From NCBI GenBank assembly GCA_013265495.1, contig MU061578.1:4227308-4291307 (forward strand): a stretch of 64,000 nucleotides of DNA. The letters run 5' to 3'. This stretch comes from Vicugna vicugna (lineage: Eukaryota). The notes below the pieces were generated by a model. That model made no database searches. It was not told the origin of the DNA and saw only the letters and a list, made by a program, of their open reading frames with translations. A program made the position numbers and the translations under genes. This document shows positions 1 through 11,700 of the stretch, piece after piece (within the stretch, counting starts at the first letter, position 1; each line of letters begins with the position of its first letter).

Positions 1-3000
1 CCTGGAATGGTCTTGTGCCCACCAAGTGTATGTCAGGGTTTTTATTCTGTGTGGCACTTTGTGTCTTGTTTTGGATTATGTGAAGATACAACCAGAGGGA
101 TGATTTCAGACAGCAGAGTCCCAAGTGTGAAAACTAGCTTTGACATAGGTGGTGGTGTGTAGAAACGTCTTACCACGTGAGGTCACTGCGCTGTTCTTAG
201 CGTTGAAGGACAGGATGTAAAACGCCAGGAAGAGAAGACATTTGCAGGAGTTTGTGGTTTGGGTGGGATGCCCAGAATTACCTGCAGAAAACCATTAGGA
301 AATCTTCACCATATCTGATGAAGAGGACATACGTTTCAGTAGGAGCAATGGGATTTTAGTTGTGTTTTTCTCAAACGTTTGTGGGAGGAGCAGGAAGTCT
401 TCGAGGGAGGCTGGCCCTGATCTGAGCACTGAGGGCGCTGAGCCTTGCGAGGTGCTGAGCACTGGAGATGCTGAGCAGGACACCCGAGATGCAGAGATGA
501 GCGGGACATGTCTCAGGACCGTGCAGTTCCAGGTCTTCTTCAGGTCACGAAAGAGTATGCCACGGAGGCCGGGGACCCTGGACAGGGTCTGTCACCGCAT
601 CACTGGAGAGTCTGGTGGCTCTTTAGAGACAGATTGAACGACATGTGTTTGGGGTGTTTGGGAGGGATCCTAGTTGGAACACCTGCCATGTGGAGTTGAG
701 CTGCTTTCAGTAGACGGACAGGCAGCAGCGGGTGTGATGGAGGACAGTGGCCTGGGGAGGCCTTTGGATTCCTTTGTTGGGGATGCTCTTCGTGGGAATT
801 GGCTTCCTTCACGCCTTCTCCTCTATGTGGCCTTGGTAGAGAGGGTATCCCCTCCGTCACATCTGGCTGTTACCACGTATGGCACAGATGGCATGTGTTT
901 TGAGAGGTGCAGAAGCACCCCTGGCAGAGCTTGGTGTTGCCTCGTGGTGGGACAGGGTGGCGATGCTCTTGGACCATGGTCGTAGGTAATGGGAGGCACT
1001 CCATGCTGGACTTGGAGGCAGGTGGGATTGAAGACACCTTTATTAACTAAATGGAAATGTCCTGGCTCGGAATGGATGAAGTGATGGGAGGCCTGCGTGT
1101 CCTCTCTTGGTGGGATGGACGTTCCTGAAGACTTCGAGTTTGGTAGGTCTTCTGTCACTCTTGGAATTTTTGCTTTGCCCTCGGAAGGAAGTTCCCCAGG
1201 CTCCAAGGAAGGCTCCCGCACAAGGAACTAGTGATGGGACAGACTTTTATTACATCCTCTGTGTCTTCCTGATTGAGTCACTTGGTGGTTTTTAGAGGTG
1301 AGTGTCATCCAGGGTCCTGATGCCTGCTGCTCTCTGGCCCGTGGCTCTGGGCAGCCATTGGAAACTCAGTTTCCTTGTCCGTCACAGTCTGAGAGGGGAT
1401 GTTGAGATCAAGTTCCCTCTACCCTGAACCTTCGGATTCCCATGTCTCTGCGTGTAATTAAAATACAAGAGCAGCCGTGACGTGGGTGACAGCCAGCATG
1501 ATGTCACCTGTCCCAAGAGGATAGCGCCCAGCCTGGAACAAGAGTCTAGTGCTTTGGCTTGGCTCCTGCTGCCTGGCGACCTTGCAGCTTCCCTGCTTTT
1601 GGAGCTCAGTTTCTCCTTCCCTGCAACTTGGACCACTGTGTGCTCTGAGGAAAAGAAGCAGCAGCATGTTTGCATGTGCTTTCCCGGAGCCATGTGAATC
1701 CTTGTTCCCTCCCTGCCCGGCCCCTGGTCTGGCCGCTTTGGGCGTGCTGGGTAGACTGGGTCAGCTCCTCCACCTGTGCCCTGGCTTCCCCAGCAGAAAG
1801 ATGGGGGTCCTTCTCTCCTCTTTGGGGGACTTGAGGGTGTTGGGACTGGCATTCTGGGCCAGCACAGAGATGCATGATGGGAGGGGGATGGGCAGTCTAG
1901 CCTTTCGTGGTGGAGTGGACAGATGTGCAGCCAGGGAAAGCAGAGCAAGGCTTCGTGTCTGTGTCCCTGAGACGCGAGCTCCAGAGCATGGGCTGTGGCT
2001 GGGGTTGGTGGTTTGGGAGACAGGAGAGGGGGCTGTTATGTTGTCTTGCTTGGAGGTGGTGCCAAGCCAGCCGGGGGAAACAGCAGCAGAAACAGGAAAG
2101 GGGATGAGGCCAGCTGGAGCCAGGGCCCCGAAGCAGTCAGGAGGGCCGAGTGGACTCCATTTTGGAGGTGCTGGGTCCCAGGGGTTGGGGGTGAGCAAAG
2201 GGCAGAGCAACCCCAGGGAGACGTTGGCCTGTGCCCTGTTGGTTCCCAGGCTCTCGCCGAGCATCTGCTGTGTGGGGCCTGGTGCTGGGCTCGGCTCAGG
2301 GAAGTGAGACGCTGCTCTTGCTTTCACAAAGCTTTCTGCTGGGGCTCCTGCTCTAGTGCACTGCTTCCCTCTGGTTTCTCGGATGCCGGCTTTGCGGGAT
2401 GCAGACTCTCACTGACCCCACTCTGTGGCCTCAGAAATGCAGTCACAGGCAGAGCGGTGACTTCGGCTCTCCACTCTCTGCTGGGCTCACACCTGCGCCC
2501 ACCTAGCCCTGTTCACAGTCGTCTTCTCTTCCCTTCCTTGCTTTCCTACCTCTTCTGTTCTCCTCGCTTGCTTCTGTCTTCCCCCTTCTGTCATTATCTG
2601 CATTTTTCCCGTGTCGCCTTCCAGTTCTGCGGGTCTCTGATCCTGCTTCCTGTTTTCTCCTACTTGAGACACAGCCCTTGAAGGAGCCTGAGATGGAGTG
2701 GTGATGCCTCTTCCTCATCTGAAATTTCAGGGAGGTACCAGGTCCATGCTCTCCTTCCCCCTTGAAGTTTTGTAATTTTACTTTACTTTCGGAAAGCATT
2801 CAAGGTCTGGAATAACAGGCACCAAACATAAGAAATGGTTACCTGAGGGTGATTTGCTTTCTTTTTTGAACATTCATTTTGCTTCATTTTCCTCTACTGA
2901 GGACGTGTCATTTTTTGAGACATCAATGGGAGAGGCTGAGCGTCTCTGCAGCTGACCTCTGGCTAGAGGAGAGAGGCTTGCTGCTCTGAGGACAGTTGGC

Positions 3001-3617
3001 TGCCTCATGTGCCTCAGCAGAGCCGCTTCTACTGTTGGGCCTTCTTTCCCATCTGCCAGTTTGGTTTATCCTTCACTCTACCCCAGGGTCCCTTTCAACT
3101 CAGAGATGTTTCCATTCTGTTTCCCTTCACTGTTCATAATCGTCTTGGATCACCAGTGCTGATCTAATGAAATCTCACAGAGCTAGCAGGATGTCTGCAT
3201 TGTAGAATTTTCAGAAATGTACATGTGCTACTTTCATGCAAGTGTGGGCCAGCAGAGGTAAACCTGAGCTGTGACTGTTAGCACGTTGTCATTATTTTGG
3301 AAAAAGAGAGTTTAGTGAGGGTTTTGTCAGATGTTGAAAATGATTCTGACATCCTTTGTTGTGGGTGATGCAGAAGACACACAACCTTTCCTCAGACGAG
3401 TACACGTGAGGAATTATGGACTCCAAGTCAACCAGAATGTCTTGTATTTAAAAGTGGAGTTTTAAATGGCATTAGTAACCTGGTCTTCATTTTACAACAA
3501 AACACCTCTGACCTTCTGAAAATGGAATGAAACCGATTATCCCTGCAGATGTGCTCTAAAGTTGCCACATCTGTTGAAAACATCTTGGGACATGCAAGGC
3601 TCATTAATTAGGTCACA

Positions 3618-3644
3618 GTTTGGTTTGGTTTGGTTTGGTTTGGT
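3618..3644. repeat. (GTTTG)n microsatellite
   Basis: gtttggtttggtttggtttggtttggt. Confidence 0.9.
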
Positions 3645-3847
3645 GAAGAATGGTTGAAGTCAAGTCATATGCTGCGTGCATCCTTAGTTCACTCTGGAGC
3701 ACACAGATACCTGAGTTATACTTCTCTTGTGCCTGAAAGATGGAAGGGAGCAGCCGGAAAGTAGGCGGGGGTGTGAAATGCTTTAAACTTGATTATGTCT
3801 TATTCTGCAACAGTATATTTAGGACTATGAATGTTGAACATTCAAGT

Positions 3848-4050
3848 ACAGTGCTGGCAAACATTCACATTTCTGCAGTGATGGAATGTCCTGTGCTGTC
3901 TGCCACAGTGGCCACTAGCCACACGTGGACACTGATGACTAGAAATGTGGCTGGTGTGACTGAGGAGTTAGGGGTATTGTTTTCTTTAATTTTTGTTAAT
4001 ATTTAAATTAAATTGCCTCTCGTGATTAGTGACTGTCTAATTGGGCAACC
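3848..4050. mobile_element. MER3-like hAT-Charlie DNA transposon remnant
   Basis: ttctgcagtgatggaatgtc...gtggccactagccacacgtgg...aaatgtggctggtgtgactgaggagtt resembles the recalled MER3 consensus. Confidence 0.65.
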
Positions 4051-5527
4051 TGACTGTGATAGACAGTGATTTCTGTCACCTGATTATGCTGCCTTCTGCA
4101 CTTCGCCCATAGCTGACCAGATACACCTTTCCACACAGGAGAATCAGATCCATTCTGTGTCACCGAATAATTTTCCCTATGTGTGTGAAAAGATGTTTTG
4201 CTTTCTGATAGCTAACCGATAGCACACACTCCTTGTGTTGATGTAATGACACAGATCTACGGCGTACGCTTTGAAAGGCACTACAAAGTGTAAAGGTGGA
4301 GAGTGACTCACCCTCATCCCTGCTCCCCAGGCAGCCCCTGTACCAACATCGCATGTTTTTCCAGGTATTCTCTTTGTAGGCATGTGTGTATTAATGGATC
4401 TTTAATTTTTAACTTCTTTTCTTTCTGTGATTTTCTCTGAAACTCTTTGTCTTTCATCTCCTTTGGAGACAGAGTCCTGTCGAGAGGTGAGGGGAACGTG
4501 GCCCCGAGCCCCCAGTCTGCATGTGGCTGCCCAGGCAGGGCCCTGCAGAGTGACCAGGAAGTGGATCTCGACGGAGAAGCTCATGATTATCTCATCAGGA
4601 AAGCCTTCTAACGAGAATCTGCATTGGTTTAGCTTTTGCTTTTTAAAGTGCTTTTATTTTTATGAACTTATTTTTACCCTCGTTGTTCAGAGTTTAAAGA
4701 TTTTTCACCATTTGATGGTCGCGCAGTTCCATGAGGAGAGAATGCCAGTTATCACAAGGATGCGCTGGGAGTTCCCGTTCCCTCTGAGGGGACAGAATTG
4801 AGATGGGTGGGAGGATTGGGTTAGGTTGTAAAATTTTTACCTGTGACCTTTAACTTTGGTTTACTGCCTGTGTTCTCTAGGAGTGCAGAGTTCTTGGTCC
4901 GGGGCCCGGCATTGAAGCCCCTGTGTTGTGCTCTTTGTACCTTTCCCTCTCAGCAGGGTTTTCAAGGACTCATCTCAGGACTGAGAACTGGTGCTTTAAA
5001 AGCATTTGCAAGGTTGTTGGGTCGTCCTCAGAATAACAGATTTTCTGAGTAGAAATTGACCGAGAAAAAGACTTTGGTCTTTGTAAAGATTCTTGGGTGT
5101 CATGTGGTCCATGTTTTGAAATATCAATCGTGTCTCTAAGGAGGTAGTGTCTTAGGCACATTCAAATGTTTTCTTGAGTTTGACTTTCAGTTTGTTTATT
5201 TGAAAAGATAATCACTTTACCCAAAACCTCGCTTGAGAAGGAGAGACACTGTGAGACGTGTGCCTGCGGAGGGGACCTGTCTTGGTGCTCTCAGTGGTTG
5301 CACATTGATGCTTTTTCTCCTTTCTCTTACTGGTAAAACTTCTGAAAGAGTCCCGAGGTCCAGTCAGGATATTGTGCCCTGGTTTGTGGTTGGTCCCAGG
5401 TGCTGTCCTGCTGGAGAACTGGCAGTGGAGGAGCTGGGATAGGGCCTCGGGCAAGACCTGGTTGGGGGGCCTCCTGAGCCTTTCCAGCTTCCCGGGACAC
5501 ATCACTGTCTGCTTCTTTCTCTCAAAG

Positions 5528-5721
5528 GAGCTGACAGTGGCGGATCATCATCTGGAAGTGGGTCTGGGGTTGCCCCCGCCGCCCCTGCAGGAGGCTCCCG
5601 CTCCTCCTCCCGGAACTTGGGGTCTTCAGGTGGTGAGAAGGAGGAAGGCAAGAAGGTGCGGCGGCAGTGGGAGTCGTGGAGCACAGAGGACAAGAACACC
5701 TTCTTTGAGGGTCTGTACGAG
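5528..5721 (+). CDS. CRAMP1: CRAMP1 coding exon 1 of 19 in window
   Basis: ttctctcaaag|GAGCTGAC...TACGAG|gtgagt; encodes (G)ADSGGSSSG...KKVRRQWESWSTEDKNTFFEGLYE. Confidence 0.93.
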
Positions 5722-8700
5722 GTGAGTGGCCTCTCCCCTCATCTGTATCTCCCTTTTAGGATCCCTTCGTGTTTCTCACCACGTGGCCATTGGAGCCACT
5801 AGATCACTGCTCCGGTGGGAGCCCCCCATGGCCATTCAGGCGTGGGTCCCCAAGGCCTGCACCCTGCCCTCTGAGCTTGGCCCTTCATCTTCTCACTGGG
5901 ACAGTTCAGCCCCTCACTAGGGAAGCGGCTGTTAGGAAGTGTCTTCCTTTGTTTCTTTTCTTTCTTTTCTAAGAGTCTCTCAGATACCTTCTTGACTGAA
6001 AAGTGGTGCATGGAGTAGGGGACAAGGGTGCACTTGCCACCTCAGAGCAGCCGGTGCAACCCTGACCTGGGACAGTGGACGTCCTGAAAATAGACAGGCT
6101 CCCCCTCCGCGCCCCCCCAACCCCAGCCCAGCACACTGCTGTGCTCCCTGCCGGCCACTAGAGTCTGGGTTTGCAGTTAGACTGAACATGCTTTCTTATT
6201 AACATCAGATGCATTTTCGTGATGTTTCATGGTTCTTCTGCTCAGTATTTCTTTAACGCCTATAAATATCCTGCTTCAGGTATAGGCAACCGTGGCCCCT
6301 GTGCTCATGGCCTGTTTGTGGAAATAAAGTTTTATCAGAACACAGCCATGCCTGTTCCCTTGCACATTGTCTTTGACTGCGGTGTGGCTCCTGTAGTGTC
6401 TGTGGCCCACAACATCTGCACATTCACCCCAGCCCGTCTTTGCTCTCTTTAACCATCCTGGTCCCAACCAGATTCTGTAATAAATGATGCTGCAGTGGGC
6501 ACCTTAGTGCACACTCCGTACTTGAGACTTCTTTGGGATATGGTGTCAAGAGTAGGTTACTCAGTCAACGAGCCTTGTTCTTTTAATAGTGAAATAATTA
6601 GAGTGGTGGAAGAGTCTAGCAAAACAAGGCTCACAAAGGAAGGGGGCTTTGGAACTGAAACCATGAAGTGTTCACAGAGAGATCGGAAAAGGAGAAGCCT
6701 AAGTGTGGGCAGAGAGCAGATCACAGAACTGTGTGCAGAGTGTGCCCGTGGCTGGCTCCCTTCTGGGGTCGATGATTAGGTTCTGCCCATCCTGGTGGAA
6801 GGAGGCCCACGTGTCAGTACTGTGGACTCAGGTGTCCCGGGAGAGAGTGACATGTTCACATGAACCTTGTTGCTGTAGATGCGAGATCATTCAAACACAT
6901 TCATGGGTGTTCTTTTTCTTTCCTCGACAGTTTTGGGGTAAAACATGAAGCTGTTTTTGTACAGATTATATTCCCAAATATGCCCTCTGTAAGCTGTTTG
7001 TTAGGCATAGGAGACTTGTGGTTCCTGGTGTGAACCGTTGCTGATTTTTACCTGAAGCCATTACTGCTTTGGTGGGAAGAAAGTGGGCTCTGTGGGTGTT
7101 GGGCTTCTCAGAAGCAGAAAGCAGAGGGGAGATGTGGTTTCCATTAATAGCAGGGGAGGAATTTCCTGCTAATGACCTGACCTTACCTTTCTTCAGGGGA
7201 ATCAGTTTATTCCCTTCTCCTTGGGCTAGCCCTCTTGTTCTAATTTTTCCACCAGGTAGGTATTTTGAGTGCTCCTGAAATCCTTATTAATAATAACTAG
7301 TAATTGGCTATTCTGGTTACTTAATGCTTTTCACCATTGATACTGTTGGTGTATCCCAAATAGTGTGTGTATGTGTGGTGGGGGGGAGTGGAGAGAGAAG
7401 GAAAGAGCACACCAGCAAGTGTGCACACACAAGTGCAGGCTGTACATCTGTCATCTTGTGTGTCTGACTAGAACTCATTGGGACTCTAAGGGGGGTCTTG
7501 ATGCCCTTGAACATCTTGAGGTGTGGGGTCAGGTGGCTCAGCACAGGCCTGTGCAGTTTTTATCCAGGTCATCCCTGCCTTTCTGATGCACACGTGTGGG
7601 ACTGAGCTTTGCTTCCAGTGACGAGACCCAGCAGCGCAAGGGGAAGAGGGCAACTCTCATAACTGGACTGGGAGGGTCAGGCTCAAGCCCTTCAGCGTGC
7701 AGGGACTCCTGAGTGTTGGGGGTGACAGTTCTGCTGCTTCTCTCCTGCTTCAGATGCTCCCCAGAGGTGACAGTGTCTCCCTACCCCTACCTTCGCTCCA
7801 GTTAGGACAGTTCTGGGGAAAACTCAGCTTGGCTGGGCCCATCCTGGACTCCTCCTTGTGGCCAGGGCAAGAGTTGTGGCCTCCATGACGGGAGCTGGCA
7901 AAAAAAGCAGTGGGCTGGACACCTGGACCAACCTTGTCCTGAAACCCTCCATGCTCCATTCCACAAAGCCTGGTGCTGACTTTTGCTTTCCATTATCATG
8001 TCAGTCTGTCGGTATTTGCTTTTGCGGTACATTTCTTGATTCCTACCTTACAGCCGCTTGGCCAGCACCTACTCCTTGCTTTTCACAGGGTAATCATTGC
8101 TGGAGGCCTTACCTCTCCTGTGCTTTGCGGTGCTCCCCTCCTGATTTCCTGTCTGCACCTCCTGGTGTCCTGCAAACCCAGCTGCGGGCACCTCCTGCCT
8201 CCTGCCATCTCTGACCGCTGTATGATACCGCAGGTTTTCACTTCAGTCTTTGAAATGTGTACTTTGTCTCTACATAGTTTTCTCTTATTTTCAACATTGT
8301 TTTCCTCACCGTTTATTTGTCTATTTCATGGCCAAGCATAGGGGCACCGTGGTAGTGCTAGAAATGGAAAGAAGTCCCCCCAGGGGGCTGGCAGTCTCTC
8401 TAGGGAAGTATAAGAGGCATGTAAGAGGCTGGGCTCTCAGAAAGTGCACACTGACAGATGCCTTTGCAAACACGGCATCAGGAGTCTCAAAGCTCAGATT
8501 GCAGCCCCCACCTGGACAGTCAATTCTGCTCTGGGCTCGTTACCCCAGCTATGAACTGAAGTCCTGAGATGCAGAGGCCACCTGCCTTTTGTTGGTATCA
8601 TGGTTCTGGTCAAGAGCTGGGGGAGGTTGGGATGGGGATGCCCCGCACTGGACCCTGGAGGAAAGCGCTTTAGCTGCAGCTCTGCTCAGTTATGGTTCAC

Positions 8701-11700
8701 CTGCTGTTGCTTTTAAAACAGTGAACAAGCTGTAATTCTTTAAGGATTTTGATATTTTGACTATAAATTTTGGAACAGTTTCAGAATTGGAAAAAGTTGC
8801 AAAAAGAATATGCAGAATTCCCAGGTGCCTTTCACCCCACTTCCCTGACATCCAGGTCACAGCACTGTGACCAGCAGAGTGAAGGTGGCCAACGTGGTAC
8901 TGTGCTCTTGACCACTCTGCCAGTATTCCCACCAATGTCCTGTTCCAGATCAGGACCCCACATTGCATTTAGTTGTCATGACTCCTGGGTCCTCTGGCCT
9001 GGGACAGGTCCCTCAGTTTCCTTGTTTTTCCTGGTTTCTTATGACCTTGACACTTCAGAAGTTCCAGCTCTATTCATCTATAGAGACTCCCTCAACTGGG
9101 CTTCCCTGCAGTTTCTTCATGATTAAGTTTACATTTTTTTTTTTTTGTCAAAAGGACAATTGAGCATCCTTGCTGCATTCCTTCCAGAATGTGTGATGGC
9201 ATCTCTCAGTCCCAGTATATGAACCTTGATCAGTGCATTCAGATGGTGTCTGCCAGGTTCTCCACTGCCAGGTCTTTTTTTTTTTTAACCATGAGACTGT
9301 GTAAATACCCTGTTTCTCATCATTCTTTCTCCCACTAATTTAAGCAACCACTAATTTGCTGCTTTTTACCTGGAACAACTATCATTATGGTGTTTGCCCA
9401 GTGATGATCTTCTGATATCATTATTCTTTCTAGATGTATTAATTGGAAATTCTACGCAAGGAAAAGCACTCTCTTTTCCTCCATTTATGTATTTATTCAG
9501 TTAATTCCTTATATCTGTATGGATTCAGGGATATTTATTCTCTCCTGTGGGTCATAATCCATTCATATCATTGTGATTTTTTTGCCCGCATTGTTCTAGA
9601 TTTGGCCATTGGGAACCTCTCCAAGTTGGCTGCTGTGTCCTTCTTATGCTTTCAGCACTTCTTCACTTTCTGGCACCACAAGATATTCCAGACTCACCTT
9701 GTATTTTCCTTGCCTCAGCCCTGACATTAGCCATTTTTCCAAGGAGCCTTGGTTCTTGGAAAGTAGGATTTAGAAACCAAGATCTGGGCATAGGAGGTGC
9801 TCATTGCTGCTAGGGTGCTCTTACCTCTAGGCCCTTCCCGGCACTTTTTACTGGCTTGGTTTTGATGAGAGTATCTATAGTTGGTTCTTGTGGCAGTGCC
9901 TGAACAGAATTGATGGTGATTGTGTTCTCTGGAATGTCAGTTCCTTTTGAAAATCTAAGATGTACTCAGCTTTTGTGTGAAAGTATTGAAGAAAGGCCCA
10001 CAGATGTATTCAGGGCATATTCTGCATAATTCTCTTAATAAACATTCACATTTGCTGTCCTTGTTCAAACATAGAATACCTTTTGTATGATCAGATCAGT
10101 GAGGGTTTTTCTGAATAGTTGATGTTTATTTTAAGATGCTGGATGTACAGCACTCAGAGCTCCTCCACCCTTTTGTTGTGTCTTCTGATTACTGTCTTCA
10201 TGGAGGTGTCTGATTTCATGGGTTCTAAAGAATTCTAGAGATTAAGTGCCTTATCCAAGTGATAAGCTTTATATTTCTCCCGCTCCAGGATCTTTGCCTT
10301 GCTGGTACCCACATGCTGTGATAGTTTTATCCATGAGTTTCTGTTGCTGCTTTATCCATTACGCTAATTGAAGCCTGAGGTTCTAGGGAAGCCAGGCTGA
10401 AGTTCATGCACAAGTAAGAGCTGTGAAGGGCACTCGCTTGACCACAGCAGTCCCCTTCCTCCCTTTTCGGAAAGTGTCTGCATCACACAGGAGGCTGCCT
10501 GGTCACATGTAACCTTGTGCTTTGCACGTGGACTTTATTTTCCAGCACGGAAAAGACTTTGAGGCGATTCAGAACAACATTGCTCTGAAGTACAAGAAGA
10601 AAGGCAAGCCAGCGAGCATGGTGAAGAACAAGGAGCAGGTCCGGCACTTCTACTACCGCACGTGGCACAAGATCACCAAGTACATCGACTTCGACAATGG
10701 TGAGCATGTGTGGTTCCCAGCACGCTGCAGGCTCCTCCCTGGCGTTGGTCTCACCAGCTCTGGCTGGTGGGAGGCCTCGTCACTGTTAGTCTGGCTGAAT
10801 TACAAGGAAGCTGGGCGTGTTTCTAACAGCTCTGAGTGCCCATGGCATCTGGGCACCACCAGGAGAGGGCACCACCATCCAGAAGCAGCTCGTCCAGTGC
10901 CTGCCCTTTTCCCGGTGGGGTTGGTGGGGTGTGGGTTGGGCAGGGCCTGGCGTGCCTCATCCCGGGGATCTTGTTGTCTATACTTAAATCTAGCTTGGTG
11001 GTGCCATCTTTAACTCACGTATCCAGGTCATCGCCAGGTGCGATGCTGACTTTCTGCTCAGAGCACTGTTTCCCATCAGTATCTGTGTCCTCAGGGGAGG
11101 CGTTGCCACCTCCTGTGTCACAGGCTGCAGGAATCCCGTGTCCCTGTTGTTCCTGCTGCTTGGTCCTCAGCTGTGCCCTCTTGAGTTGCGTTCTCGTTTC
11201 TACAGCTTCATGTGTAGCTCAGTCACTCCAGACACTGGCTTCCACTCACTGCACTTACTTCTGACACTTCTCTCCGAAAAAACATCGGTTCTGATCCAGA
11301 ATAACTGTGGTGGCTGTGGTCACATCCCTCCCTCCTGGACCTTTGCCTGTGCCCTGTGGGTGTTCTCTTGGCTGGTCACTGTGTCTCAGCCTCCCCCTGC
11401 TGACCTGTCTGGCTCTCCTTGCTGGCTCTCCCTTGGGTCAGGACACCAGGGCCAGGAATTCCTCCTCCAGCTTTAGAAAGGCCCAGAGATGGTGATTCAA
11501 GCTGTCTCTTTCTGGAAAAGATCAGATGGTAAATACTTTCGGTCTTGGGGGTTTACAGTCTTTATTGAAACTATTTCACTCTGTTTTCTTAGCTCATTAT
11601 AGACAACATGCAGAGGAGTGCATGTTGCTCCGTTCTAACAAAACTTTATTCTCAAAAAGAGTCCATGGACTAGAATCAGCCTGCGAGCCTTGGTTTGCTA

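Noticed and set aside
1382..2799. Cluster of long overlapping ORFs (up to 252 aa) on both strands
   Set aside because: GC-rich intronic sequence with low-complexity translations, no recognisable domain and no splice-consistent link to CRAMP1; expected by chance.
3546..3573. 8-bp inverted repeat cagatgtg...cacatctg (two E-boxes)
   Set aside because: Too short to distinguish from chance; no miRNA- or snoRNA-like context.
1..5527. Search for the CRAMP1 start-codon exon
   Set aside because: No CpG island or MTVKLG-like peptide found; this stretch looks like intron, with the first coding exon upstream of the window.
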